Assembly (NCBI GenBank): GCA_028023455.1
Contig: JAQFVV010000008.1
Span: 10,478,001 to 10,542,000, forward strand
DNA length: 64,000 nt
Direction of reading: 5' to 3'
Source of the DNA: Epiperipatus broadwayi
Taxonomy: Eukaryota; Animalia; Onychophora
Part shown: positions 1 to 11,313 of the stretch, piece after piece
Layout of the letters: every line of letters starts with the position of its first letter
How positions within the stretch are numbered: position 1 is the first letter of the stretch
The notes under the pieces: model-generated
Databases searched by the model: none
Seen by the model: only the letters and a program-made list of their open reading frames with translations
What the model was told of the DNA's origin: nothing
Translations under genes and position numbers: made by a program

Positions 1-984
1 AATATACTCTTATAATCATGAATTCAAAAATAAAGGTGGACATGTGAATTCAAAAATAAATGTAGATATTTTTTATGAATTTTCATTACTGTGTATATTT
101 TATTTGCCATTACTGTATTTTTTTGTTAAATAATTATATTGTTTAAGTAAATACATTATTTTATTGCAAAATATATTACTTTTTTGACTTTATTTAATAT
201 ATTCTTATAATTGTGAATTGCAGAATAAATGTGTTACATTTTATTTATTTTTTTATCTATTAGTTGTTGTTGTTTTATTCGATGACAAATACTTTTCAAA
301 TAGTTCAGGTTTTAAGAAAATTAACTTCACTAATATATTGCTTGCATAATATAGGTATAAAATTAGTTATGTAAAAAATTAATAATAAATCCAACTATGC
401 AATAACTGTAAAATAAATAATAGCATAACAAATAAAACTATAATGAAGTAATATTATTTATGAATGCAAATTTATTTTTTTGTTATATTGTTTTTTTTTT
501 TAGTTTAATCTTCTATTAATATATTTTTAAAAATTAAGAAAAAAAAAGTTTGCTTTCTATATTAATGATGAAAACACAGATTCAGTTTTCATTAATATGT
601 AAAATAAAACAATGAGTAGTTATTAATCTTTAAAATTTTTTTAAAAATAAAGTGTATATAACTACTGCAATGCAAAACAAATTTTTGCCTTCAATAATTG
701 AAAAGCTTTTGAAATAAGAACAAGCAAAATGTTATAACAATTCTTATATCTGTGTTGTGAGATTACAATTTAAACTGAATTTCTTTAAATATACTGTAAA
801 AGCTGTATCAAAATATTGGCCAGCATCTTAACAATCAAATGATATATTTATGCAGTTAAAATACGTATTTAGTGCATTATTATATTAACTCGATTTTAAT
901 TTTTTTTTTTAATTTACGAATTCTACAAACAAAAGAAAATAACTTTCACAATCTGAGATATCAGAACTGAACTCTAGCCAAGAA

Positions 985-1090
985 CAAACAATATGTTGGA
1001 ATTGTGCTCTTAAGGAGTGTGGCTGGATTTCAGCCTAATTCATACTCTATGTAGTAACACTTTCAGTGAAGATTGTTTTAGAAAAAAATC
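985..1090 (+). pseudogene. Frameshifted THAP zinc-binding domain fragment (P-element/THAP-like)
   Basis: Hand translation across frames gives W..AL...GFQPNSYS / LCSNTFSEDCF, resembling the THAP C-terminal motif W...F.P...LCS.HF.E.CF. Needs frameshifts. Confidence 0.4.
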
Positions 1091-1273
1091 ATGTGTATAT
1101 ATTAAAATTTAACAAATTAAGAGCAGTTGTTTTTTCCTCTTCTTAGAAATGTATATATAGATATTCTACAACATCTAATTAAACCCATTAGGTCACCTGC
1201 ATATCATTCACACTGTAAACAGTTTCACTAAAATGGATAGGCTTTTTTTAATTCAAAATAATAATCAATTTAC

Positions 1274-1332
1274 CAGGAATTTACATTGTCGTATGAATTG
1301 ATAAATCAGTGAACCTGCTTCAGAGAATGTAT
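1274..1332 (-). CDS. Candidate coding exon of an unidentified host gene ((D)TFSEAGSLIYQFIRQCKFL)
   Basis: ttatgacag| acceptor and CTG|gtaaat donor; open in the phase that matches candidate exon 2805-2875. Confidence 0.3.
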
Positions 1333-2804
1333 CTGTCATAACAACATTCGTGTGGAAATTAAGTAAATAGATGACAATAAAATAACTTTGATGTTTTAAA
1401 AATATTCTGCTGATATTTTCGCAATCTTTATCTTAATATTCTCAGTATAAAAACACTATTTGTTTTTATGTTTCAATAAACTTTATAAAAATCTTTCATA
1501 TGTAAATAATATCGAGTTAAATTTAATTTTCTGTCTTATAATAAAGCATTTATTTTTAAATTTTTAGCATTATCAATTTAAAAATATCAGTGTATTCTTT
1601 TCTAGCTGTTTTTTTTTCCCACTATTATTGTGCATTATCACAAAAGTAAGATTTAATTCCACTTATTAATCACTTTCACAAAGTCATGTGACCAGTGTTA
1701 GCAATTCATAGGGAAGGGGAGAAAAAACTTTTCATTAAACGCAATCTAATCATTCTTTTAGCATGATTTTAAAGATGCTTAATCAGGTGTAATGAATAAT
1801 ATTTTCTATATGTACAAGTATGTGTGAGCTTAAAATGTTATTTATTTTATAAATACAAAATTATAGTAAGTATAAAAATAAGATAATGACTTATATCTTA
1901 AATATAATATGTTTAAAATTAAAATTTTAAAAATCAATTAATTGAATATCGGTTAATACTTTGAAGAATTATTGAAGAATTAAAAACAATAAAATTAACG
2001 TTCTATTTTTTTTTTCACAAAACAAATTCAAAATTTATATTTTAAAAAAATATAAAATAGAATTAATTTTATTTGTACATACAAAACAACCCACGGCTCC
2101 GATTTAGTATGCGTTCAGAGACTTTTTAAATGGAAGTGGAGAGACATCAAACCACTATTAACAAAAAAAGGGAGAGAGATCAAACCATTAACAAACTAAA
2201 TGGTAAATAACGGCAAGATAAAATAAAAAAATCTCATGTACTTTTTTATTGAAAAATAAAATAACATATTATTTGAAAAAGTAAGCAAATGTACACAAGA
2301 TAAAATATACAAATTATTTTTGCTACTATTTTAGTATTATACATATGTACTGTATTTATTGTTCAGATATTTATTGTATTGATTGTATCAGAAAATATAT
2401 AAAATTGTTGCATATACTATTATTTTAGTATCAGAAAAAAATTAGCATATTACATAGAGATATTGTACAAAATATCTGCAACACCTTGATATGTGCTATG
2501 TCCAGATTCCCAAGTTATTGCAGACATGGTTTTAAAACATCTAAATTAAAATAAAAAGACCACCAGAGCAAAATAATTTAAAATGAATATTTCATTTAAA
2601 TATTTAAACATTATTATCAAAACAATACAAAAGTATAACAATAATTTCTTTACAATTTAATATATTACGCAGTAACAGTTTTGCCAAATGCTTAATTAAA
2701 ATACAATATAGAATAAAATGGCCTGTAACAAATCTCTAGATTTTTTTATTAATCTTCAGATGAGATATATATGAATATTGATGCTTGTCCAAGTTCTCAG
2801 GTAC

Positions 2805-2875
2805 CTAATTGTTGCTTCTGTGCTGATGCATTGGCCTCCATTTTTTGGTTAAAATCATCAGCATTTATCAGTTCT
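2805..2875 (-). CDS. Candidate coding exon ((R)ELINADDFNQKMEANASAQKQQL)
   Basis: Open frame with TAG|gtacct donor but a weak acceptor. Phases fit the flanking candidates. A competing plus-strand exon (2760-2800) shares the GGTACC site. Confidence 0.25.
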
Positions 2876-3776
2876 CTAATCAATCCCAGAAATCAAGTTT
2901 TTATTTTGGAACTATCATCTAAGAGATAATTAACTTTAACCTATTCAGATAAAAAATTACCATATTGAATTAATTTGAGACACAATTTTCACAATAATTT
3001 CAATTTTAACAATGTTTTTTTGATTTTTTGACAATACCAAAGGAAAAACGTAAGGCCAATAAAAATAGTGATTGCCATTAAAAAACTAAAAAAAAAAAAA
3101 CACTTCAAATCCTAAAAAAATTATTACTTTATAATTTGTCCATAGTTTCTAATTTATGATAACTACATTTTTAAATTACAATTTTATTGATAATTCCATC
3201 ATATTGCTCATAAAATCTTGATTCAAAACCTATTTAAATACTTCTTATCTGAGATAATTCATAGCTTCACTTCTTGCAAAAATAGATTAGTGAAAATTCT
3301 TCTTTCTTTTTTTTTTATTATCCCAGAAGTTAAAAATGCTCAATGCATCTATAAGAAAAAAGATTCTCTTTAATAAAAGATAAATATATATAAATCAAAC
3401 AATAATTATTGTAAATCAAATATTATGAAATTATCTTTAAAAAATTGTTATAAATCAAAAATAAATAAATTAAAATTCATTCAGCAAGAATTTTTTTTAA
3501 AAAGGTGTGGGGGGGGATTGCCAACTGATATTACCATTATGAATACAATGCAATAAAGAAGTAAAAAAGACATAATTTGAAATTCCAAATAAGATCATCA
3601 AAATAATGTACATATTTGTACATTATAAAACTGATGTGTATATATGTATGCATCATGTAAGTCCTGTTAAAAGTTACAAAACTTGATAACCTGAAAAACA
3701 AGTTGCACTACAGATTTGAGTTCTAAGTTCCTCATTACTTGGCTCAAAACTATTTTAAGACTTTTGATAAACCAAC

Positions 3777-3819
3777 CTCGTTAAAATGACATTTTCATAC
3801 TGAATAATCATCGCCAGTA
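3777..3819 (-). CDS. Candidate coding exon (LAMIIQYENVILT)
   Basis: ttgtcatgttttcag| acceptor, GAG|gttggt donor, single open frame, retained CpGs. Confidence 0.3.
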
Positions 3820-4087
3820 CTGAAAACATGACAATCAAAATAACATTCATTCAAATAACAAAAGCAGTTTATAAATTTTAGAATCTGAAAAAAAATTTCA
3901 TTTCAAGAGGCAGTTAAAGATTTTTAGGAAAGAAAAATATGTAGTTATATATATAATACTCCCCTTCCCCTTTTTGTAATTTTACATTTAGGATTAAATT
4001 TATTTTTATTTTTTACTAAAAGGGTTAATAAAACATTTATAAGTAAGTTTTAGTGGAGAAGATATAAATTAAATGTTAATATCGATA

Positions 4088-4127
4088 GGCTGAACGTTTT
4101 CGAGGATCATGCCTCACAATCATAGCC
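4088..4127 (-). ncRNA. Degenerate minimal type I hammerhead in the Penelope 3' UTR (left arm)
   Basis: GGCT-ATGATTGT-GAGG-CATGAT-CCTC-GAA-AACGTT-C-AGCC. Stems I and II and the palindromic stem III are present; the CTGANGA box is mutated. Confidence 0.55.
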
Positions 4128-4178
4128 ATCATAAAAAATTATAATAAAATATATGCAAAATATTTAAATAAGCCAGTG

Positions 4179-4810
4179 TTACGTAGCCCATTTCTTCAAG
4201 ATCTCAAAGCAAGTATCTTTTCTATTGATAGCATGGATGTTTCCATTAATGTAGAATGCTTCTTTTATTTTTCTCTTATGATCATTTGATTCTGAGCTTA
4301 AGATTATGGGATTGGCAGGTGTGAAGTTGTGTCCAGATTGCTTGGCATGCTCCAAAAATACAGAGGATGTATTGTTCTTCTGAGCTCTGTTGTAAGTGTA
4401 TAGGTGTTGAATAAGTCTAGTGTTGATTGTAGATTTAGTTTCACCATAGCATCCGGCCTGAGGGCATGCTATGGAGTATACCATGTGTGGAGTGAACAAT
4501 CGATCAATGTGATCTTTAAGTTGTTAATCAATGTATTAGAATTAGGCAGAGTTCTAAATGCTATTTTAAATTTATCGGTTAATGCTTTAGTTAGTTTGTT
4601 AGATATTTTGGAAATGTAGGGGGTTGTTATTCTAGGTAGATTGGTGCAGGGTACATTATTGTTTATTTTATTGTGGAATCTTGTAATTTTATTTTTAATA
4701 CCTTTAAATGTAAAACCTGCTGCTAACAGATCTTTAATGTAACCGTTTATATTTTCTTTCCTGTTTGCTTCATATTTACAGAGATGTAAGTTTTCTAAAT
4801 AAAAATGCAT
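4179..4810 (-). pseudogene. Penelope-like linker plus GIY-YIG endonuclease, left arm (frameshifted)
   Basis: ORFs 4469-4810 and 4179-4499: ...PYISKISNKL...FRTLPNSN... then VYSIACPQAGCYGETKSTINTRLIQH. Confidence 0.8.
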
Positions 4811-5317
4811 TTAAGCAGCAATAATGTACCTCGCACTGATCTATTTAGAATAACAATCCCTTACATTCCCAAAATATCTAACAAACTAACTAAATCATTA
4901 ACCAATAAATTTAAAATAGCATTTAGAACTCTGCCTAATTCTAATAGATTGATTAACAACTCTAAAGATCACATTGATCAATCATTCACCCCACACATGG
5001 TATACTGCATTGCATGCCCTCAGGTCAGATGCCATGCTGTATATTACAGTGAAACTAAAACTACAATCCACACTAGACTTATTCAACACCTGTACACTTA
5101 CAACAGAGCTCAGAAGAACAACAACACATCTTCTGTATTTTTGGAGTATGCCAAGTAATCAGGACACAATTTCACACTTGCCAATCCCATAATCTTATGC
5201 TCAGAATCAAACAATCATAAGAGAAAAGTAAAAGAAGCATTCTACATTAATGGAAACATCCATGCTATCAATGGAAAAGATACTTGCTTCGAGATCTCAG
5301 AGAAATGGGCTATGTAA
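4805..5317 (+). pseudogene. Penelope-like GIY-YIG endonuclease, right arm (premature stop)
   Basis: ORF 4805-5158 IPYIPKISNKL...VYCIACPQVRCHAVYYSETKTTIHTRLIQH; homology continues past an in-frame stop to ~5317. Confidence 0.8.
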
Positions 5318-5369
5318 CACTGGCTTATTTAAATATCTTTGCATATATTTTATTATACATTTTTATGAT

Positions 5370-5410
5370 GGCTATGATTAGGAGGCATGGATCCTCAAAA
5401 ATGTTCAGCC
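5370..5410 (+). ncRNA. Degenerate minimal type I hammerhead in the Penelope 3' UTR (right arm)
   Basis: GGCT-ATGATTAG-GAGG-CATGGAT-CCTC-AAA-AATGTT-C-AGCC; CpG-type decay of the GAA box and of the palindrome. Confidence 0.45.
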
Positions 5411-6170
5411 TATCGATATTAACATTTAATTTATATCTTCTTCACTAAAACTTACTTATAAATAAGTGTTTTATTTACATAATTCAGAAATAAAACTATA
5501 TTTTAAAAGGTTAAAAATTCTAAGGCACATATTTATATATAAAAAAAAACATTTATATTCTATCTCTTTCATGATATGTCTACCAGATAAGTATACCTCT
5601 TTATACTATCTAATAGATAAATGCAAAATATTAAATATATTATTTCATACTATTGAATATTGTTATTAATAAAAAGATAACACATTCCAGACATTCTGTT
5701 TATCAATTGGTAAAGGTAATCAGAAATGAAATTGCCACAAAACCTTAATAAGGAAGGCAATCAAGCAGTTACATGCCTCTCAAATGTAAAATGAAGTTAA
5801 TAAAAACAAAGTTAGTAAATCAAATTAATTTAAAAAAATAGTAAAATAAAGATTAATAAAAACAAAATCAATAAAATCAAAATTAATTAAAACAAAAACT
5901 AAGATAAAATAATGCAAAAACTACTAAATAATACAAAAACAAATTATCAGAGAGGAATAAATTGTAAATAGAGTCTTCAGAGTGTTAATGATCCAATTTT
6001 CATTTGTTCTGGTAGCTAAAACAAGCCAACAAAACATCTACTGCAATCCAGAATAAGATAAATAATATTTTTCATTATTTATACTATCTGTTACCATGTA
6101 AAAATCATTCTGTTAGGTTGAATCCACCTAAAACACAAAATCAAAAGATTACCAAAGATTGATAGCTTAC

Positions 6171-6204
6171 AAATAATATTCCATGTGAGAAGCTATTGGT
6201 CATG
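6171..6204 (-). CDS. Candidate micro-exon (MTNSFSHGILF)
   Basis: gtttattgttttgcag| acceptor and TTT|gtaagc donor; the only open frame matches the phase of candidate exon 8901-8937. Confidence 0.3.
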
Positions 6205-6409
6205 CTGCAAAACAATAAACAAAGAAATAAAATGCAGACATATAACTTATTCATTAGAAGTATTCAAAAATATCCTCATCTGAGCAAGAACTAGAAGTCT
6301 GAAGGCCTTTGAACCACATGTGTTAATTCACATTCCTGGTAAGTCCATTTGTGATGAAGCTGCACAATATGTTGTTTGGAGTAAAATTGGAATAACAGAA
6401 AGTCACTTG

Positions 6410-7720
6410 TCACATTGTGAGTATGATAAAGAAGTATCCTTTCTAAGAACTATCACAAAGCGATACCAATTTACATTCCAAACAGCCAAAGTGAGCTCAA
6501 TGTTTTAGTTTTTCTTAGACATACAACACAATGCTTATACATCAAAATGTTTTGGCAACTGAAATCTACATGACACTGGTTTCCATTGCAATCAATGTTC
6601 TAGATGTGGAAACACATAGCTATATGGGCCAAAGTTTCTTTTTGAAAAATATCCATTAATTAACATATGAAACAAGGCTCTTTGAAATTATAAATGAGTT
6701 TTACCTTTCAAATATTTAGATGCCTTATAAATGGAATATAAAATATAAGTATTAAAAACTGACATGTCAAAACAGTGTCAGAATGGTTGCAAGGGTCATC
6801 ATTTGGACTTCCTATACCAATAATATTGGGTCCAATTTTAATTGCTTAAATTAACATCACCCATGCACCTGTTATACATTTTTACTGCAGTTGGATATGG
6901 ATGTATTAAGTATGATCTATCTTTATTTCTTTGGCTGTCAACATAATTTCCAAAAGAAGGATATGCATTTGTTATCATAGCAATTGGCTTCTTGTCCATT
7001 CAAACCAAAAATTATAAACCACTATCATTATCCATGACAAAATGAGGAATTTCCTTTTTTTATTTTATGTTTTTGTACATTTTAGTGATACTAGCTGAAA
7101 TATCTTTTTTTGTTATATTTATTGTCCCACAGAGATGTAATTTATTTGCATATAGTTCATTTGCTAGCTGTAAACTTAAAAAAATCTGTACAGAAAATAA
7201 TATGATAATGTTTTGCAAGATGTGGCCAAACTATTGACATCACAGCACAAGTACCAAGGATAGGTGAAACTTTGCATTTGATTCTTTGCCTGCACCCAAT
7301 TTTTATGTAGTATATTTAAACATTATTACTATCAGCACATGCACATACTTCTTGAAATCTATCTTTATTGGTTTTGAGAACTCGTGTTGTCACATGACAT
7401 TACAACCAGTAGATTTTGTGATTTCAATCACTCTGTGCATCTGATATGCAACCTTAAAATTTATATTACACTGTTTTATAATTTGCCTAATTTTATAGAT
7501 GTGGTCAAAGTCACTACATTCATTAATCAGCATTTTTTCATTATCATTAAAATGCAGACATGCTAATAAATTATTAAATCTTTTGAGAGTCTTTACGTCT
7601 GCAAAATAAGATTGCCTTAGATTTGATCAGAGTGCCAAAGTTCTTCAACTGAACTACATGAACCTTGTGTGGTGATCTGATCAATTTTTCCAACTATGCT
7701 TTTTTTTCTTTAGTAGCATG
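6410..7720 (-). mobile_element. Decayed piggyBac (PGBD-like) transposase
   Basis: Hand translation: RFNNLLACLHFNDN...FDHIYKIRQII; LQLANELYANKLHLCGT; MDKKPIAMIT; YNRCMGDV; DMSVFNTYILY; C-terminal CVVC...GCLEC...LC. Many stops and frameshifts; TTAA termini not found. Confidence 0.75.
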
Positions 7721-8016
7721 TTTATTGATTTTATTAATAATTTTACCACACATTTTCTTATCAAATAATAAATAAAAAACATCTGAAATCAAATAGTCAC
7801 ATGTAATGGGAAACTTCTAATCTGGAATCTTTGTAAAATTGTCTATATTCATTTGTTGTTCCCTTATGTTAAGTGGCATAATAGTAATTTATCAGGATGA
7901 AGGGTCTGGCTTATTGCTAACTTCAGTAGATGCATATTTTCTATTTTTTCCTAGACTTTTGACTGATAATGGAGCATGTTCTTTTTCTGAGAACAAATTA
8001 GGAAGATTAGGTGATT

Positions 8017-8126
8017 CATCTGAATTGCTGGATAACATGAAATCTAATATGAATTTTTCCCCAATAAAACCATCTGAATTGCTGGATGAACATGAAATCT
8101 AATATGAATTTTTTTTCCAATAAAAC
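8017..8126. repeat. Tandem duplication, ~54-bp unit x2
   Basis: catctgaattgctgga...catgaaatctaatatgaattttt...caataaaac at 8017 and 8071. Confidence 0.85.
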
Positions 8127-8900
8127 TATTTTTCCCATATCTGTTAAATTTTCTGCCAATGTCAGGTATTATGATTACGTAGTAACATTTTATCACTATT
8201 TGTAATTGTTTAGGATTTCTTACTATTCTCTTCACATAAATTTTTCTATGATAACCCAAATAGTCTTCAATAATAGGAAGACTAAGTCAGATAAACATTT
8301 CCATGAGCTGGAAAGTTGATTAACCTATTGAGTTGTCTTCTATTTCTTCAGTGGCATTCATGGTCTAAAGGACTTTGTTTATCAATTTCCTTTCTATCTC
8401 TTTGCATTGCTGTTATTAAGAGTTATATGTATTTTTTTAAAAAAAAAGATGTTTTGTGGTACTGAATGGTCTTATTAGTGACGTGTAATCTTTTATTTGT
8501 TAAATTAATCATAAAACTAATAAAACTGCTGATGGGTTTATCATTGATATTAGCAACTGCTGATGTGTTTATCATGAATATTAGCAACTTGTTCATTGTT
8601 CAGGTGACTGTTGGAATCAATAAACCAATTACTATTCTAAAATTTTATTTAAAAAAAAATGTATCCTACTTACATCAAAAAATAAATAAAATATATATAA
8701 AATAAGTAAATAAAAAGGTTTGTGAAATTGAACACCTAACTTTATTTGATGATATGACTGTACATAAATGGTCAATATTGCTGTTCCATTTAGTTGTCAT
8801 TTAAAAAGTTCTAAATACTATATTATCTTTAGACAAATGGTTATTTCTATCTTCATCCATGATTAAGCATAAAAGCATTTCTATATCATGCTTTACATAC

Positions 8901-8937
8901 CGTGTTTTCTTTTCATAAGCATGGTATACCAAGCTCA
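8901..8937 (-). CDS. Candidate micro-exon (SLVYHAYEKKT)
   Basis: tacttttgtag| acceptor and ACG|gtatgt donor; single open frame. Confidence 0.35.
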
Positions 8938-10256
8938 CTACAAAAGTAATAATTAAGATTTATTTTATTTACATATTAGAATTTATATATATATGTTAAA
9001 TGCTTTTTGGCATTTTATACTCATAAAAACATTTGTGTTAAATTTATTTTATAAGTGCCATATTGTCAAGTCAAATATGATCTGAACCACAATAAAAAAA
9101 TAAAAACTTTATTCATAGCCAGCTATTTGGTGAAAAAAAAAAATAGAAAATGCATTGCTGAATAATTTAAACATGTACCAGCCAATCATAGATATGTAAT
9201 CATCTCTTGGATAGAGCTTGACCCGTAAATGCCACATCACCTGGATAAATTTAAACCCATCGATGTCTATAAAAAATGTGCCCCCAACATTGTTTCAAAT
9301 TGAATACTCAAGAAAAGAAGGCTGAAAAAAAGAACAATTTATCGTATAAATATGAGGGATAATAGACATCACATGGTATGTCCATACTGATCAGTAATGG
9401 AAGTTTATACCTTATATTGAATATAAACTTAGCTATATACCATGGTAAAATGGTTCTTTTTAAAATTTTAGAAAAAGAAAAGAGAAAAGGTTTTAATAAG
9501 TCAGATTTATTGTACTTTATTTGTTTATTTTATATTCATAATTTAAGTTATTTATTTAGTTAATTTTTTTGTATGCTTGTAGTTAACATTAAAATAGATG
9601 ATTAACATTTGAAAAAGGCATGAAACCATGTGTCAAAAAAGACTTTTTATATATAATTATTATTAATATGTATGTATAGTTGTTGGATATGATGTTTATT
9701 ATTTATTATCATTATGATAATAGAAAACTATAAGTTAGAATTTAAAAAGTAATTGTACATACAGTTAGATTATAAAAATAATGAATTTAGTAGATTAAAG
9801 TAGTTTATGTCAAGTATTTAAGTGAAATTTAATACTAAATGTGTATAATATGATGTCAGAATTAGAACACCTTAATTTTTTTTTGTTGTTAACTACATAT
9901 GGTCTTGAGATATACTATGTTAGTTCACTTTGATATCTTGCATGGATTATTAGATAAAATGATTCTATATTCTTAAGTGATAAAATGAAAAATAATTAAT
10001 TTAGTAGTGAGAATAATAAAAATAAGCTATCCATTACAAATTTAAGCTGCCCTAATTCAGATGCAATTAGCAATAAGAAATGAATCAGTTCTTTTTGAGA
10101 CATATATATATAATTTTATACTCAAATAATAAAACAAAGATTAAACAAGGCAAAACTCTCTCCATATAGTAGTGTCACCCTGTGCCAATCAGAGTAATCA
10201 ATGGATGCCAGAAGTCTTGTGCATAAAATCCCTATCTAGTGCCTACTCTTCCAATA

Positions 10257-10298
10257 TTCCTAGACTAGTTTCTGGCTTGTGGCCATCATCAGTGAGGA
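10257..10298 (-). ncRNA. Minimal type I hammerhead ribozyme (core intact, stem I with two mismatches)
   Basis: TCCTCA CTGATGA TGGC CACAA GCCA GAA ACTAGT C TAGGAA. Confidence 0.8.
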
Positions 10299-10702
10299 GC
10301 CTTGGATCTGAGAGCACTGCACCTAGATCTTAGGATCTAATACAACCCTCCAGCAACCACCTTTGATCTCCATTTAACTATGAGAATGAAATTGAAAACA
10401 TAATAATATTTTCAATCTAAGCTCAATGGCTTATATAGTCATATGGTTCTGAACTCAATTCAGTACCCATACATTTTGGTGGCTTTGGCTCTTTATCAAC
10501 CATAGCCACCACTATCCTATTAGGCAGGATTGGTGTTAGACCACTAAACATCACATGATCACTATCTCATACTAGCACATAATTGTTATTAAACAAGGTA
10601 AAACTCTCCATACAGTAGTGCCACCATGTGCCAATCAGAGTAATCAATGGATGCCAGAAGGCTTGTGCATAAAATCCCTATCTAGTGCCTACTCATCCAA
10701 TA

Positions 10703-10744
10703 TCCCCAGACTAGTTTCTGGCTTGTGACCATCATCAGTGAGGA
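10703..10744 (-). ncRNA. Minimal type I hammerhead ribozyme, apparently intact
   Basis: TCCTCA CTGATGA TGGT CACAA GCCA GAA ACTAGT C TGGGGA. Complete CUGAUGA/GAAA core, 6-bp stem I, 4-bp stem II, palindromic stem III, GUC cleavage triplet. Confidence 0.92.
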
Positions 10745-11271
10745 GCCTTGGATTTGAGAGCACTGCGCCTAGATCTTAGGATCTAATGCAACCCTCCAGC
10801 AACCACATTTTATCTCCACTTAACTACAAAACTATGAGAATAAAATTGTAAAACATAATAATATTTCCAATCTAAGCTCAATAGCTTATATAGTCATATG
10901 GATCTGAACTCAATTCAGTACCCATAAATTTTGGTGGTTTTGGCTCTTTAACAACCATAGCCACCACTATCCTATTAGGCAGGATTGGTGTTAAACCACT
11001 AAACATCACATGATCATGAGTGGTTTAACACCAATCCTGCCTAATAGGATAGTGGTGGCTATGGTTGTTAAAGAGCTAAAGCCACCAAAATTTATGGATA
11101 CTGAATTGAGTTCAGACCCATATAACTATATAAGCTATTGAGCTTAGATTGAAAATATTATGTTTTCCAATTTCATTCTCATAGTTTTGTAGTTAAGTGG
11201 AGATAAAAGGTGATTGCTGGAGGGTTGCATTAGATCCTAAGATCTAGGTGCAGTGATCTCAGATCCAAGGC

Positions 11272-11313
11272 TCCTCACTGATGATGGCCACAAGCCAGAA
11301 ACTAATCTGGGGA
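11272..11313 (+). ncRNA. Minimal type I hammerhead ribozyme (AUC triplet, stem III palindrome broken)
   Basis: TCCTCA CTGATGA TGGC CACAA GCCA GAA ACTAAT C TGGGGA. Confidence 0.8.

Larger units (their letters stand above)
4035..5463. mobile_element. Fold-back (inverted) Penelope-like element remnant: two divergent copies of the 3' end encoding the GIY-YIG endonuclease
   Basis: 4035-~4650 is the reverse complement of ~4830-5463 (diverged). Both arms encode MVY.IACP...YGETK....TRLIQH...EH...F.....IL.SE.N..KRK.KEAFYI and a 3' UTR. Inverted pseudo-LTR layout is typical of PLEs. Confidence 0.85.
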
